64,000 bases of DNA from a virus (IMGVR_UViG_3300042868_008486:44810-108809); one strand, 5' to 3'; positions 49,931 through 60,541 are shown, counted from the stretch's first letter. Notes: a model not told the origin generated them from the sequence alone. Made by a program: numbers and translations.

Positions 49931-50275
49931 ATGAAAAACGTAATAACAATTTTAATTGGAGGATTATTAATCACTTCTTGTTCTATCTCTAAAAATGTAT
50001 CTACAAATGTTGTTGACCCAACAGTTAGTACATCTATCACTGATTCAACAAATATGAGTGTTAGTGTAATATTACCTGGCGATGTTGATGTTCCAACTAA
50101 TTATGATTCTGACACAACACACTATAACGTGTATAATGTTACATACAAAAAAACAGGTATCACTCAAGTATTTGTTTTAGGTCAAAAACTTAATCTTACT
50201 GATATGGTATCTATAGGTGAGGTTGAAAAAATTGACACTCTTCAAACTAATGTATTATTAGTCGATGTTGAATAA
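49931..50275 (+). CDS. Predicted lipoprotein (spanin-like candidate)
   Basis: LLITSC lipobox; follows the holin; ends at perfect hairpin 50281-50299. Confidence 0.55.
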   Translation: MKNVITILIGGLLITSCSISKNVSTNVVDPTVSTSITDSTNMSVSVILPGDVDVPTNYDSDTTHYNVYNVTYKKTGITQVFVLGQKLNLTDMVSIGEVEKIDTLQTNVLLVDVE

Positions 50276-50280
50276 TTAAT

Positions 50281-50306
50281 GGGGTTATTTAATAACCCCC
50301 TTTTTC
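50281..50306 (+). terminator. Intrinsic terminator
   Basis: GGGGTTATT-t-AATAACCCC then T-run. Confidence 0.8.
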
Positions 50307-50398
50307 TCGTAATACATTTGGGTAATTCTTTTTTTACCATTCCAATATTTTTTTAAGATAAAGATTGTGATTTTGATTTGAACAGTCTATTTATGTAT

Positions 50399-50707
50399 AT
50401 GAAAATAATAATTACTGAAGAACAATACGATAGAGTCGCAAAGAACTCTAACCGAATTTGGTTACTAAGAAATTTCCCAATAGTTAAGGCAGGTTTAATT
50501 GAAACTTTAGATTTCGTCAACCCTTGTAGATTTGAAACCTATGAAAAATATGAATCACATTTTTTTAATGTTTTTATGGACGAATTACACCCACATTATT
50601 ATTTGATTGATAACTTTGACTATGATGGGGTTAAGTCAGAATTGTCCGATATGTTCTATGTTGATACTACTGAAACGTATTACGAAGCTAAAGAGAAATG
50701 TGAATAA
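50399..50707 (+). CDS. MKIIITE-leader protein on plus strand (start corrected to 50399)
   Basis: TATTTAT 50388-50394, N4, ATG. Confidence 0.7.
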   Translation: MKIIITEEQYDRVAKNSNRIWLLRNFPIVKAGLIETLDFVNPCRFETYEKYESHFFNVFMDELHPHYYLIDNFDYDGVKSELSDMFYVDTTETYYEAKEKCE

Positions 50708-50709
50708 AT

Positions 50710-51198
50710 TTACCTATATAAAAACTTATCATAATTAGTGTAATTATCAATAACCGCATCAAATATTTCGTATAAATGAATGGTATCTAATACATAATTA
50801 CCATTGCGGAATTTTGAATCATAGTTGAATGATAACCAATCAGAAGGTTCTTCATCATAATTACCATCATCATCTTTTTCATAGGTGACTATTTCAATAC
50901 CATTTTTGTCAATAAAACTTAAATTACTTAATAAACCGTTACTTTCATTAAGTTTAATTTCTTCCAACCCTAATTCTTGCATTGAGAATCCTCCTTTTTC
51001 TTTACAAACATCAATAATAGTATTAACCATAATATCTCTATTCAACCAATTAATACCCTTTAATTGACGTTTTAAATTGTCAAGACCACCAAGTAATTTA
51101 ATTGTCGTTAACACACCATTCTGATTGATGTATTCCAATAATTTCGATTGTTTACTACTAACCTCTTCCTTCAAGATTTTTCTTATGATATCTTTCAT
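50710..51198 (-). CDS. ILKEE-leader GG-module protein
   Basis: MKDIIRKILKEE; GVLTTIKLLGG; TATTTAT-N4-ATG. Confidence 0.7.
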   Translation of the reverse strand: MKDIIRKILKEEVSSKQSKLLEYINQNGVLTTIKLLGGLDNLKRQLKGINWLNRDIMVNTIIDVCKEKGGFSMQELGLEEIKLNESNGLLSNLSFIDKNGIEIVTYEKDDDGNYDEEPSDWLSFNYDSKFRNGNYVLDTIHLYEIFDAVIDNYTNYDKFLYR

Positions 51199-51210
51199 AC
51201 CAATAAATAC

Positions 51211-52219
51211 TCAAATAACCCCATTTGATTCTTTAACTTTCAATAATTCAATATTAAATTCATTAATCATTCGTTGTAAACCCTCATCAGTTTTACCCAA
51301 TTTATTAAGTTTACCCCAAGTTGTTTTTGAAAAGTCGTGACCCGCTCTACCCAAAATATTGTTAGGAGTACCGTAAGACTTATCAGGATAATTAAGTCTA
51401 ACATATAACTCAATTTTGTCTTCAATACCCCCAAGTTTCATTGCTTGTCCGTAATTTAATATCATTCCTTTAGTCATACTCATATCTCAGATTTTTATCA
51501 AATATAATAAAAAAAGGGATAACTATTGATTATCCCTTTATTTTTTTAGTAATTAATTACTTTATCAACAAACTCTTTTGTTTCTTCCGCGTGCCAAGAA
51601 TACTCAAGGTCCCAATCTTTATCTTTGAAGTATTGTTTAAGTTCGTCAATCGTGTCATACCATTTGATGCTAGTCTCAAGGTTTTCCATTAAATCTTGAA
51701 TCTCCCATATATTACCACAGGCCTGCAATGAGTCACAACCTGAACAACTACCCCAACCAAAGATTAGGAAACCATACTTACCATCTTTTTCATATAGAAT
51801 TCTACTATCCCCTTGGTAATCATTATCATCCACTTGTACCAACACGTTACCCAATTCATCTATGATTGGTTGGTAATTACCAGGTCCATAGAAACTTCCA
51901 TTTTTTTGTTCTTCTTCCCAATAAGATGGGTATATTTCTTTCGCACTTCTCATATCTTTATATTTAACGAATTAAAATCAATATTAAACCAAAATTTACA
52001 AACAATCAAATTAACCCCAAACATATATGATGGAACTAAGTTATCGGAATCAAACATTGCTTTACCTTTCTTCCTTCTACCGACAACCATATCTTTTCTC
52101 CAAAATAAACCCAACTGTTTGGTGTTAAATTCAGAATATATTCTTTGTTGTTCTTTTTCCCATTTATGTCTGAACACAAATAATAAATTTAATTTACCTA
52201 TATTAAAATCTTTAGTCAT
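51211..52219 (-). other. Three hypothetical genes (51211, 51546, 51950)
   Basis: 51546 has GWGSCSGCD motif; TATATTTG promoters ~51499 and ~52238. Confidence 0.6.
51499..51536 (-). promoter_or_regulatory. Hairpin + promoter cassette, copy 7 (loop variant)
   Basis: caaatataataaaaaaagggataactattgattatccc. Confidence 0.8.
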
Positions 52220-52373
52220 ATAATTTTGTTATTAACACAAATATAGGTAAAATAAAAAAACCCCCAAGGTTATTGGAGGTTTTATTTTCATCTATTTGAT
52301 TGGGGAATTTAACCCGAATCGACTCACCCGATTCTTAATGGTCAGATTATAAGTTAGGAGTTCTGACATCCTT

Positions 52374-52832
52374 CTATAAATAATAGTCAACTAATATTTC
52401 AAATATTTTGTTTAACCACACTTCTTTTAACTGAGTTAATTTAATGTGATAACCATCAACCTCTTCATCATACATTTCACCTTCCTCATCATATTCATAA
52501 ACAGAAACACCTACGGTTTCATCACCAACAAATGTTATATAATCTTCTTGAGTGTGACCGTCTTCAATTTCTTCCTCCCAAATTTTAATATCCGCACCAT
52601 TTATTTCATACATATAGATATAACCTTCATCTTTATCATTATCAACAATACCATTAATCAAATCAACTTTATGGTCTCTGTTACTAAAATAATCAGGTAA
52701 TAATTTTTGAAATCTTTCATACCCACCAAACATTTTGATTGTTGTGAATATTCCATTTTTTTCAATGACACTATTAACTTTAGACTCCATTGAACTTTCT
52801 TCTTTTAATATTTTTCTAATTAACTTTTTCAT
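52374..52832 (-). CDS. ILKEE-leader GG-module protein, tandem paralog
   Basis: MKKLIRKILKEESS; IKMFGGYE..KLLPDYF. Confidence 0.75.
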   Translation of the reverse strand: MKKLIRKILKEESSMESKVNSVIEKNGIFTTIKMFGGYERFQKLLPDYFSNRDHKVDLINGIVDNDKDEGYIYMYEINGADIKIWEEEIEDGHTQEDYITFVGDETVGVSVYEYDEEGEMYDEEVDGYHIKLTQLKEVWLNKIFEILVDYYL

Positions 52833-52835
52833 TAT

Positions 52836-53300
52836 CTATAAATATTCATCAACTATTATTTCAAAAATATCATTAAGAGCCGAATTTTCCAAATAACTTA
52901 ATTGAAGGTAACCACTATCAATTGGGTCGTCATACATAGTCCCATCCTCACCGTCATACATATAAACGTAATATCCCGCACTATCAGTGTCAATTGACGA
53001 TATATAAGTAACCACATCATTACCCTCATCGTCAACACTTGAATCTAAAGTATAATCTTGTCCAATTAATTCATATAAATAAATTGGCCCTTCTTCCACT
53101 TGTTGATTTTTTTCAACAAGTTCATTAATTAATTCAATTTTATTATTCTTGTCAAAATAGTCAGGTAAAAGTTTAACAAACATTTCATATCCACCAACCA
53201 TTTTAATGGTCTGTTGAATACCCAACTTTTCAATTGCATTTAATAATTTAGTCTGAATCGAACTCTCTTCTTTTAGTATTTGTTTAATTAGTTTTTTCAT
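52836..53300 (-). CDS. ILKEE-leader GG-module protein, tandem paralog
   Basis: MKKLIKQILKEESS; IKMVGGYE..KLLPDYF. Confidence 0.75.
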   Translation of the reverse strand: MKKLIKQILKEESSIQTKLLNAIEKLGIQQTIKMVGGYEMFVKLLPDYFDKNNKIELINELVEKNQQVEEGPIYLYELIGQDYTLDSSVDDEGNDVVTYISSIDTDSAGYYVYMYDGEDGTMYDDPIDSGYLQLSYLENSALNDIFEIIVDEYL

Positions 53301-53838
53301 TCTCTTTAATCAACTCATACATCAATGTTGAAATTCCTTCAGGTGTTGTCACATTATTTTTAACAAACTCCGCCTTAAATTCTTCAATCACTGACCTTAT
53401 TTTCTCATCCGAGATATCTTTATAAATACGAGGTGGATTGAAACCTGGTATTAAATACCCATAGTTTACAAACTCCCTAATTTTTCGAATGGCAAATTCA
53501 TCGGCAGTTATCTCAATATTTCTAACGAAATTAATTGACTCCTTAATTGTCATATCACCTAAGTAACATTCGTACATTTGGTCAACCCCGTACTTTTTGA
53601 ATTGATACTGATGACCCAACTCGTGAAAGATAACAAACAATACCATAGGTAATGTTCCATCTAATAAATCACGATTAATCATTACACCATTATGGACCGC
53701 ACATCCTAACGCCCGATGCTTGAATTTCGCAAACTCAATACTTTGACATCCCGACTTAACTATTACTTCAATAATCTTATCTTGATATTCTTTAACTTGG
53801 GGGAAATGACTTATTAATTCATCAATGAATTTATCCAT
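53284..53838 (-). CDS. HExxH metallopeptidase-like protein (IrrE/ImmA-like)
   Basis: FVIFHELGHQYQ ... IEITADEFA; TATTTAT-N4-ATG. Confidence 0.7.
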   Translation of the reverse strand: MDKFIDELISHFPQVKEYQDKIIEVIVKSGCQSIEFAKFKHRALGCAVHNGVMINRDLLDGTLPMVLFVIFHELGHQYQFKKYGVDQMYECYLGDMTIKESINFVRNIEITADEFAIRKIREFVNYGYLIPGFNPPRIYKDISDEKIRSVIEEFKAEFVKNNVTTPEGISTLMYELIKENEKTN

Positions 53839-54068
53839 ACTAATAAATATTAATCATTGGTAATATGTCCAATGAATCCCACGATGATAGTGAAAACAAT
53901 TGTTAGAATAGATAAGGTTAGATTAATCTCCCACAAAGAAATTGTTAAAATTGCGGGGAACAATAGGTTGACATCTATTTTACCTTTACTCGAATGGTCA
54001 ATGAAACTTAATATCATACCAATTGTACTTAGAATTGCGATTGTAATTAACATAATTAGTTTTTTCCA

Positions 54069-54105
54069 CAAATATAAATAAAAAAAGGATAACTTTCGTT
54101 ATCCC
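54069..54105 (-). promoter_or_regulatory. Hairpin + promoter cassette, copy 8 (variant)
   Basis: caaatataaataaaaaaaggataactttcgttatccc; drives membrane gene 53850-54071. Confidence 0.75.
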
Positions 54106-54129
54106 ACCACAATTCAGTTATGAAATATA

Positions 54130-54675
54130 TCATACAAATAATTTCATCAATTTTGTTATACATTGATACGTTTTTGGTAGATAAACATTATAAAACCATT
54201 CAACCACTTTATCAACACTATCTAATTGTTTATAATCAACCTTGAAAAAATCGTAATATTCGTCAAAATTTTCAATTTCATCCGTAATGTCCATAGCCTC
54301 GTCACCATCAATATTATCAACCCAAACATTTGATAAATTAATCGGAACTTTAGGTTCTGCATTATAAAATGGTGTTGCGTAAAATTCAAAAGACACACCA
54401 CCACCATTATTTTCAACATATAAACCATTATTCCAAGTCAACAATCCATCAAATTTATCATAACTTATCGAAAATTCTTTATAATGTATATAACCACCAG
54501 GTTTGTTATCTATGTCTAGAAATACATCCAACATAATCTCAAATATTATTTCAGGATTATCCACAGGATAATCACTATATTTAACTAGCTGGCTAGTTGA
54601 CATATGTAAAATCTCACCAACTTGTTCTAAACCAAATTCATCAATTTTACTCCTTAACAATTCTTTTTTATCCAT
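54130..54675 (-). CDS. Late-type protein with HTH-like N-terminus
   Basis: FGLEQVGEILHMSTSQLVKY; TATTTAT-N4-ATG. Confidence 0.6.
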   Translation of the reverse strand: MDKKELLRSKIDEFGLEQVGEILHMSTSQLVKYSDYPVDNPEIIFEIMLDVFLDIDNKPGGYIHYKEFSISYDKFDGLLTWNNGLYVENNGGGVSFEFYATPFYNAEPKVPINLSNVWVDNIDGDEAMDITDEIENFDEYYDFFKVDYKQLDSVDKVVEWFYNVYLPKTYQCITKLMKLFV

Positions 54676-54691
54676 ACTAATAAATATGGCG

Positions 54692-55360
54692 TTAGTTAAT
54701 TAATTTCTCAGGGAATTCGGACCCATTAATTCTATTAAAGTTACGTGAGACACCAACTAAATCATATTCATCAAGACACCTCCAAGGATTTGAAAATAAA
54801 ATACGATTATATCCAATTTCATCAACTCTTTTGTAATACTCTAATGATTCGTCATCTATAACGAGAAAACGTCTGTAACCCTCTGATTTCATCTTTAAAA
54901 CATATCCCGCTCTATCATCACAGTCACCGATAGTAAGACCATTAACTATAATCCCCCGACTAATTAAAAAATCTTTAAATTCATCAGGTTTATCACGGTA
55001 ACTTCTACCCCAAGTTGAAACAACACATATGTGGGCATCAAACATTGAAATGATTGAGTTTAAGGTCTCGACGGCTTTGGGTACGAATGAATGTTTACCA
55101 TCATCGTCAAAATCTCTTAACTTTAAATAGGACACCAACACACCGTCAATGTCCAAATAAACTATAAAAGGTTTTTCATCATTCATATCCTCGTTCTTAT
55201 ATTTTTCTTGTAGTTCGTCGAAGTAGTCTTTTAATTCCTGAGTATGTTCTGTCTTGAGTTGTCTTCTCATTATATTCATAAGTTCAATCTCAACCTGTTT
55301 GTCAATCTCAGGGTCACCGTGTTTGTCCAACCAATCAGATATGATATTGTTTTTTTTCAT
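54692..55360 (-). CDS. HAD-superfamily (Swiss-Army-Knife RNA-repair-like) phosphatase with N-terminal extension
   Basis: YLDIDGVL motif I, VVSTW, LVIDDE motif IV. Confidence 0.8.
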   Translation of the reverse strand: MKKNNIISDWLDKHGDPEIDKQVEIELMNIMRRQLKTEHTQELKDYFDELQEKYKNEDMNDEKPFIVYLDIDGVLVSYLKLRDFDDDGKHSFVPKAVETLNSIISMFDAHICVVSTWGRSYRDKPDEFKDFLISRGIIVNGLTIGDCDDRAGYVLKMKSEGYRRFLVIDDESLEYYKRVDEIGYNRILFSNPWRCLDEYDLVGVSRNFNRINGSEFPEKLIN

Positions 55361-55830
55361 TATCTATATTTATTCAATTGTTCTCTAATTTTTGCAGCTG
55401 TTTCAAAGTCCTCAGATTCAAGTGCTTGTTTAAGATAAACTTGACATTCAATTTCCGACATTAGTTCAATAACTTTACCATCACAAACTGTTGATTTATC
55501 ACTTATCGGTTGTAACCCAGGTTTAAAACCAGGTTCAGTTTTCATAAGTGTTTTACATTCATTATAATTACGTCTCCATATTGCGGATTTATTATGACCT
55601 ACATTATCCATATCAATTTTATGTGTGATACCATCAACTTGAACATAAACGTGATTAAGTGTCCAACCCAATAATTTAAATAACTTATCTTCTTTTCTCA
55701 AAAAAACAGAGTCACCAACTTGCCAATCTTTAATTTCTTTTTTGGTTTTTGAAACTGAATATAAATGTCCTAAAATTAAACCCCCAATAAAACAACCAAC
55801 AACCCCTAAAATTATCGCTAATACTATCAT
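55360..55830 (-). CDS. Membrane-anchored protein with C-terminal UvrB/C (UVR) motif
   Basis: N-terminal TM; LKQALESEDFETAAKIREQL. Confidence 0.7.
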   Translation of the reverse strand: MIVLAIILGVVGCFIGGLILGHLYSVSKTKKEIKDWQVGDSVFLRKEDKLFKLLGWTLNHVYVQVDGITHKIDMDNVGHNKSAIWRRNYNECKTLMKTEPGFKPGLQPISDKSTVCDGKVIELMSEIECQVYLKQALESEDFETAAKIREQLNKYR

Positions 55831-56216
55831 AACTTATCAGTAATTTCTGTGAAATAATTCTCTACATTGTAACCTTCTTCATTCAATCGGTCATACTCAT
55901 CTTTAGTGAAAGGTTTAACTTCATAATCCAACCAATCATCCATTTCTTGTTCGTAGATTTCGTAAGCTTCATCCTCATCCACCTCATCTTCATCAATAAT
56001 GTCTTGGATTTCTCTAAGACCATTGGAACCTGCGTAACTTTCATATTCTTCAACGGCCATTAGTCTTGCTTGGTCCTCAGCGTTACTCTCAGATGATGCT
56101 TCAATTACAACATAATTTTGGATGCCACCGAAACCACCTGATAAACCATAACCAACTATAAATAAATTTTCTGTTCCCATAATTTCTTTTTTTACGAATA
56201 TACTAATTTTCTTCAA
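55827..56216 (-). CDS. Acidic hypothetical protein
   Basis: YGLSGGFGG motif. Confidence 0.6.
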   Translation of the reverse strand: MKKISIFVKKEIMGTENLFIVGYGLSGGFGGIQNYVVIEASSESNAEDQARLMAVEEYESYAGSNGLREIQDIIDEDEVDEDEAYEIYEQEMDDWLDYEVKPFTKDEYDRLNEEGYNVENYFTEITDKL

Positions 56217-56745
56217 ATAACTTGATTAAATATTGAAACATTTCTTCAAGTGGATGTTCGTTATTAGTATACCCCAAATGTTCCATAAACCCCTCGTTCT
56301 CTTTTTTGTACATTTGAAACATACGAGATTGTGTCATTTTTGAATACTGAACATTAGCAATTCTATCACATAACTTAACAAAGACCGCGTTTTCAGTTGT
56401 TCTAATACCTTCATAGTATTTATCGTTCCCACGTTCTTTTCTATTCTTACCTTTCTCATTAGTAAGTGCATAGACAGTCTCTGCAACATCAAACCCTAAA
56501 TTCTCACCGACATCATTATATGATGTTCTTGTATCTTCAATTAAATCGTGACCCCAAGCACTCAAAATAATATTTTCATAATTAGGATTTGCAGGATGAA
56601 TGTATGATTTGGGGATAATTAAATCCATAAATTTATTAGCCACATTAACCACCATTCTTAAATGGAATTCATATGGTAAATACTTATCATACATATGATT
56701 CGTATTCCAATGTTGTTCTTTTATCCAATTAATCTTTTCTTTCAT
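56203..56745 (-). CDS. HD-domain phosphohydrolase, RelA/SpoT hydrolase (Mesh1/SAH)-like
   Basis: PYEFHL..V, AWGHDLIEDT, VYALTN.KG..RKER, VKLCDRIAN. Confidence 0.82.
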   Translation of the reverse strand: MKEKINWIKEQHWNTNHMYDKYLPYEFHLRMVVNVANKFMDLIIPKSYIHPANPNYENIILSAWGHDLIEDTRTSYNDVGENLGFDVAETVYALTNEKGKNRKERGNDKYYEGIRTTENAVFVKLCDRIANVQYSKMTQSRMFQMYKKENEGFMEHLGYTNNEHPLEEMFQYLIKLFEEN

Positions 56746-56775
56746 AACTTCTTTTTTTACAAATATAATAAAAAA

Positions 56776-57836
56776 TTACGGATGAGTACCATCAGATAAA
56801 GAAATTCCGTGTCTTAATCCTGCTAAAAAATCATCAAGTTCGTCTTTAGTCATAGTTTTACCTAATACAATACCAACCTCATTACCAATATCAGAATAAT
56901 CACCATATTCGTAAGTGACTTTATCCAAACTAACACTAAGGTCTTTTAATATTTCTTTAAAGTTTTCCATAATTAATCCTCTTCAAAAAAATCAGGTTTA
57001 TTTGCCAAACCATCAGCATAAGCACTAATTTGTCCTTGTCGGTATGGTCCTCTAAATTTCATATCATAACTATCAGTTCCCCAAACTGTATCAAGTAATG
57101 GGAATTCCATACATTGGTCGTGATATCCCATTTCATACCATTTCTTGTTTTCTAAATCTTCAGTATTCATATCATAAATTTTTATTTTAAATGTATACAA
57201 ACGTGCCACCAAATAAACATAAATCTCACACCCCAACTATGAATTTGGATACCTAAATCATAGTGTTTATATCCGAGGTGAAGGATAAAGACATCATTAT
57301 GTTTTTCAACATATCTCGATTTAATTATTGCAACACTACTCATAATTCCCATACACTTTTTCGTTTACGTTTTGGTAATTTGTAATATAACCACAACGCT
57401 ACTTTCAAAATCAATTTTTTAACCATCAATTATTTTAGTGAATATAATAATTAAAATAATAATTAACTTTACCCATTGGGAATGAATCTTCAACCTCAGC
57501 AAAAATGTAAAACCTAACTTTATACACATCCATTTTCACCATTTCACTCAACACCGCACGATATAATTTAATTGATTCAAACGCCCCATTCAAATATGAT
57601 TCACCATACTGTGTTGTTTTAATTTGAAACTGATACGGTAATGAATATCTATCAGTTTTAACTGAAGAATTAATCCCCATTTTAGATAAAACCCCAATCA
57701 TATCTTTCTCAATCTTCTTCTCAAGATTAATCATAGATTCTTCATATTTTTCAGGAGTTCGGTCTTCCCTTTTACCATTTTTACCATCCATAAAGAACAG
57801 TAATTGGTTTTCCATATTTGGTATGTTTCTTATCAT
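56776..57836 (-). other. Block of small hypothetical genes (56776, 56973-57170, two unlisted ORFs of 53 and 28 aa at ~57183-57426, 57435)
   Basis: Packed ORFs with ATGA overlaps. Confidence 0.55.
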
Positions 57837-58246
57837 CGTGTTAAAAAATAATAGGTCAAAAATAATTGGAAGTAATGTAGTACTTGGTCAAATCCAATAA
57901 CTGTAAATCCACCTGTGTTTGGAATTGGGGAACCATATTCTTTTCTTTCAAACTTTCGACTCACCCATTTACTTGTAAAGAAATCAGTTATCGTATGACA
58001 AATAAATGTTATAAAAACAAACACCATCGTATCATTAACCAAGTCCTTCACTTCTTGGTGGGGATTGTTAAATCCGAATAATAAACACATCGGAATAACC
58101 CATAACCCTGAATAAGTTATAGTATGACTTAACAACGCTCCGATGTTCTTACTTTTGTTGTTCGCCCATTCCTCAGCTTGGAATATGAAATCAAAAACCC
58201 AATGACTTAATACGATGGTTAACACCGCAACTAAACTAATACTCAT
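57833..58246 (-). CDS. DUF3307-like membrane protein
   Basis: SHWVFDFIFQ...K....LLSH...HTITDF...GFDQVLH. Confidence 0.8.
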   Translation of the reverse strand: MSISLVAVLTIVLSHWVFDFIFQAEEWANNKSKNIGALLSHTITYSGLWVIPMCLLFGFNNPHQEVKDLVNDTMVFVFITFICHTITDFFTSKWVSRKFERKEYGSPIPNTGGFTVIGFDQVLHYFQLFLTYYFLTR

Positions 58247-58968
58247 AACAATTCATTTAAAATTAATTCAACACCTTCTGTTGCAGGTTTCTCAATGTAT
58301 GTAATATCTTTACCACTGTGGTCCAAATATCTACTAGGTTGGGGGTCTATATAATAAACCTTACAAGTATCACTAACACTTGATAATAAATTCAGAGTGT
58401 AACCAATCATCAAACTAGTTCCGATTATAATTAAGACATCAGCTTCAATCATTGCGTCGTAACTTTCCTCAACATTGAAAGGGTATTCCTCAAACCATAC
58501 AATGTGGGGTCTTAATTGTGAATCACTAAGAGGACATTTATCACCAATGTTAATATCATTGTATCCGATGTTGATTAGACTATCAAATGAAGTTGTATTA
58601 TGTCGGAACATAGACCCACGAGCTTTTGTCAACTCACCGTGTAAATGTAATATCTTAGATGAACCCGCTCTTTCGTGTAGGTCATCAACATTTTGTGTCA
58701 CGATAGTTACATCATATTTATCTTCTAACTTAACCAAACCTGTGTGGGCTGAGTTAGGTTCAACAGTTGGTAATTGTCTTCGTCTATCATTATAAAAGTT
58801 CAATACTTTCTCACGGTCTTTCTTCCAACCATCAGGTGTACAGACATCATCAATGTTATGGTTCTCCCATAATCCGTCAACCGAATCTCTAAACGTCAAG
58901 ACACCACTCTCTTTAGAAACACCAGCACCTGTGAATACTACAATCTTTTTCTTCATACTAATCTCCAA
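58243..58968 (-). CDS. cobB: Sir2/CobB NAD-dependent protein deacylase
   Basis: TGAGVS.ESG..TFR..DGLW, TQNVDDLHERAG, HLHGEL, RPHIVWFEE, IGTSL. Confidence 0.93.
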   Translation of the reverse strand: MEISMKKKIVVFTGAGVSKESGVLTFRDSVDGLWENHNIDDVCTPDGWKKDREKVLNFYNDRRRQLPTVEPNSAHTGLVKLEDKYDVTIVTQNVDDLHERAGSSKILHLHGELTKARGSMFRHNTTSFDSLINIGYNDINIGDKCPLSDSQLRPHIVWFEEYPFNVEESYDAMIEADVLIIIGTSLMIGYTLNLLSSVSDTCKVYYIDPQPSRYLDHSGKDITYIEKPATEGVELILNELL

Positions 58969-59542
58969 TATAATAACTTAATGTAAATAACCTTTTTACT
59001 TGTACATAAGTGTAGAATGTATTTGTCTTTTTATCAATAAGAATACAAACATTTATCACTTTATTTCGTTTAGATAATACTCGTTTCATAATATCTTTAT
59101 GTGAGGTTATTTCGGAAATAACTTGGTCAACACAAGAACAATCACCCATATCGTAATAGAAGTCAGTTACCATCAAAGGTATTTGTCGTCTCCCATAAAA
59201 ATCAAAGATACTTTCTTCCGCATAACCGTATTCATCTTCAGCATACGTCTCATCATTAGTTATTTTATTTAACCCTTTACTAACTCTAAGTTTATTTAAT
59301 GAGTCAACAACTTGTCTCGCCATATAAGATAAAACACCCATAGTGTCCCGTTTAGTAATATTTTCCCTTTTAAGGTAACTATCACTTGGGTCCGACTCAA
59401 TAATCCTAACTTTCTCAGTAGTATTATCTTTAAAGGTTACGGTCTTAATCCAATACAATTCATAATAAACAACACTATCCTCAGATTGTCCAAACACTAC
59501 TGACGATAACATCAAACAAATACCTAACAATAATTTTCTCAT
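58958..59542 (-). CDS. Secreted protein, possibly CAP/SCP-like
   Basis: Signal peptide; LNKLRVSKGLNKI. Confidence 0.4.
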   Translation of the reverse strand: MRKLLLGICLMLSSVVFGQSEDSVVYYELYWIKTVTFKDNTTEKVRIIESDPSDSYLKRENITKRDTMGVLSYMARQVVDSLNKLRVSKGLNKITNDETYAEDEYGYAEESIFDFYGRRQIPLMVTDFYYDMGDCSCVDQVISEITSHKDIMKRVLSKRNKVINVCILIDKKTNTFYTYVQVKRLFTLSYYIGD

Positions 59543-59555
59543 ACACTCACTTTTT

Positions 59556-59942
59556 TTAATTAATATTTAACCATCGACCATCAGTTTGTAACTGATATGA
59601 ACCAATTAATTGGTATTTATAATTCCATTCACTTGGTGATATTATTGATAAAAATTCATCATTAACATCTTTTTTGTAAAGATAATAAGTTTTCCCGACT
59701 ATTGGTTGAAAATTGTATTTAGACTCATAAATTCTTTCATTCATTGAAATGTCCTCCATTAGTTTCTGATATTCGTTTTTCAATTCTTCGAACTTCGAAA
59801 CATAATGGTGTTTCAATTTATTTGACTTATCAATTTTAAATAATTGAATCTCATCAGGCTTAAATGGTTGCGAACCTATCTCAGTCGGATATGATTTTAT
59901 TGACCTATCAAAAACATAACTATCGGGTTTTTTTTCTTCCAT
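59556..59942 (-). CDS. DUF2452-like protein
   Basis: YPTEIGSQPF.P; SKYNFQPIVGKTYYLY; FLSIISP.EW. Confidence 0.7.
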   Translation of the reverse strand: MEEKKPDSYVFDRSIKSYPTEIGSQPFKPDEIQLFKIDKSNKLKHHYVSKFEELKNEYQKLMEDISMNERIYESKYNFQPIVGKTYYLYKKDVNDEFLSIISPSEWNYKYQLIGSYQLQTDGRWLNIN

Positions 59943-60037
59943 ATTTTAAAATATACGAATAAGTTTCAACATTAACCACACTTGAAGTTTAGATTTATTA
60001 ACTATCTTCGTATCCATAACCAATTAAAACAGACATT

Positions 60038-60541
60038 ATGAATCTTAAAGAATTGAGAAATGCCACGTTTATTTTTGTTTTAGGTATGTTCTACCACAAG
60101 TACGTAACATATATGATGGACCTAGCAAAAACAATGAATGAAAAACCATTGGTCTGTGAAGTGAAGAAACCTGTTGAAGTGAAAGTGGATGTTAAACCTA
60201 AAAAACGTAAGATTGTCAAACTTCACGTTACCGCAACAATGTATTACCCTGTTGTTAATCAATGTGATAAGGACCCATTAGTTACCGCGGGAATGTTCAA
60301 AATCAATCCTCGTAAAGCAAGTGAACACAAATGGATTGCTATGAGTAGAAACCTACTTAAAAGATGGAAGGGTGATTTTGATTACGGGGATATTGTTGAG
60401 ATAAAAGGTGCGGGAAAAAAGAGTGGTGTTTATAAAGTTGTCGACACAATGAACAAAAGATATAAAGACCGAATTGATATTCTTGAGACAGAAGGAACTT
60501 CATTCTACAAATTCGAAGATATACAAATCGCCAAACTATAA
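60038..60541 (+). CDS. 3D-domain (MltA/RlpA-like double-psi barrel) cell-wall-active protein
   Basis: VTATMYYP...D.DPLVTA, WIAMSR, YKVVDTMNKR...RIDIL. Confidence 0.8.
   Translation: MNLKELRNATFIFVLGMFYHKYVTYMMDLAKTMNEKPLVCEVKKPVEVKVDVKPKKRKIVKLHVTATMYYPVVNQCDKDPLVTAGMFKINPRKASEHKWIAMSRNLLKRWKGDFDYGDIVEIKGAGKKSGVYKVVDTMNKRYKDRIDILETEGTSFYKFEDIQIAKL

Noticed and set aside
26084-54105. Repeated cassette as integron attC sites or a dispersed CRISPR
   Set aside because: No integrase, no RYYYAAC/GTTRRRY ends, spacing is gene-block sized and irregular
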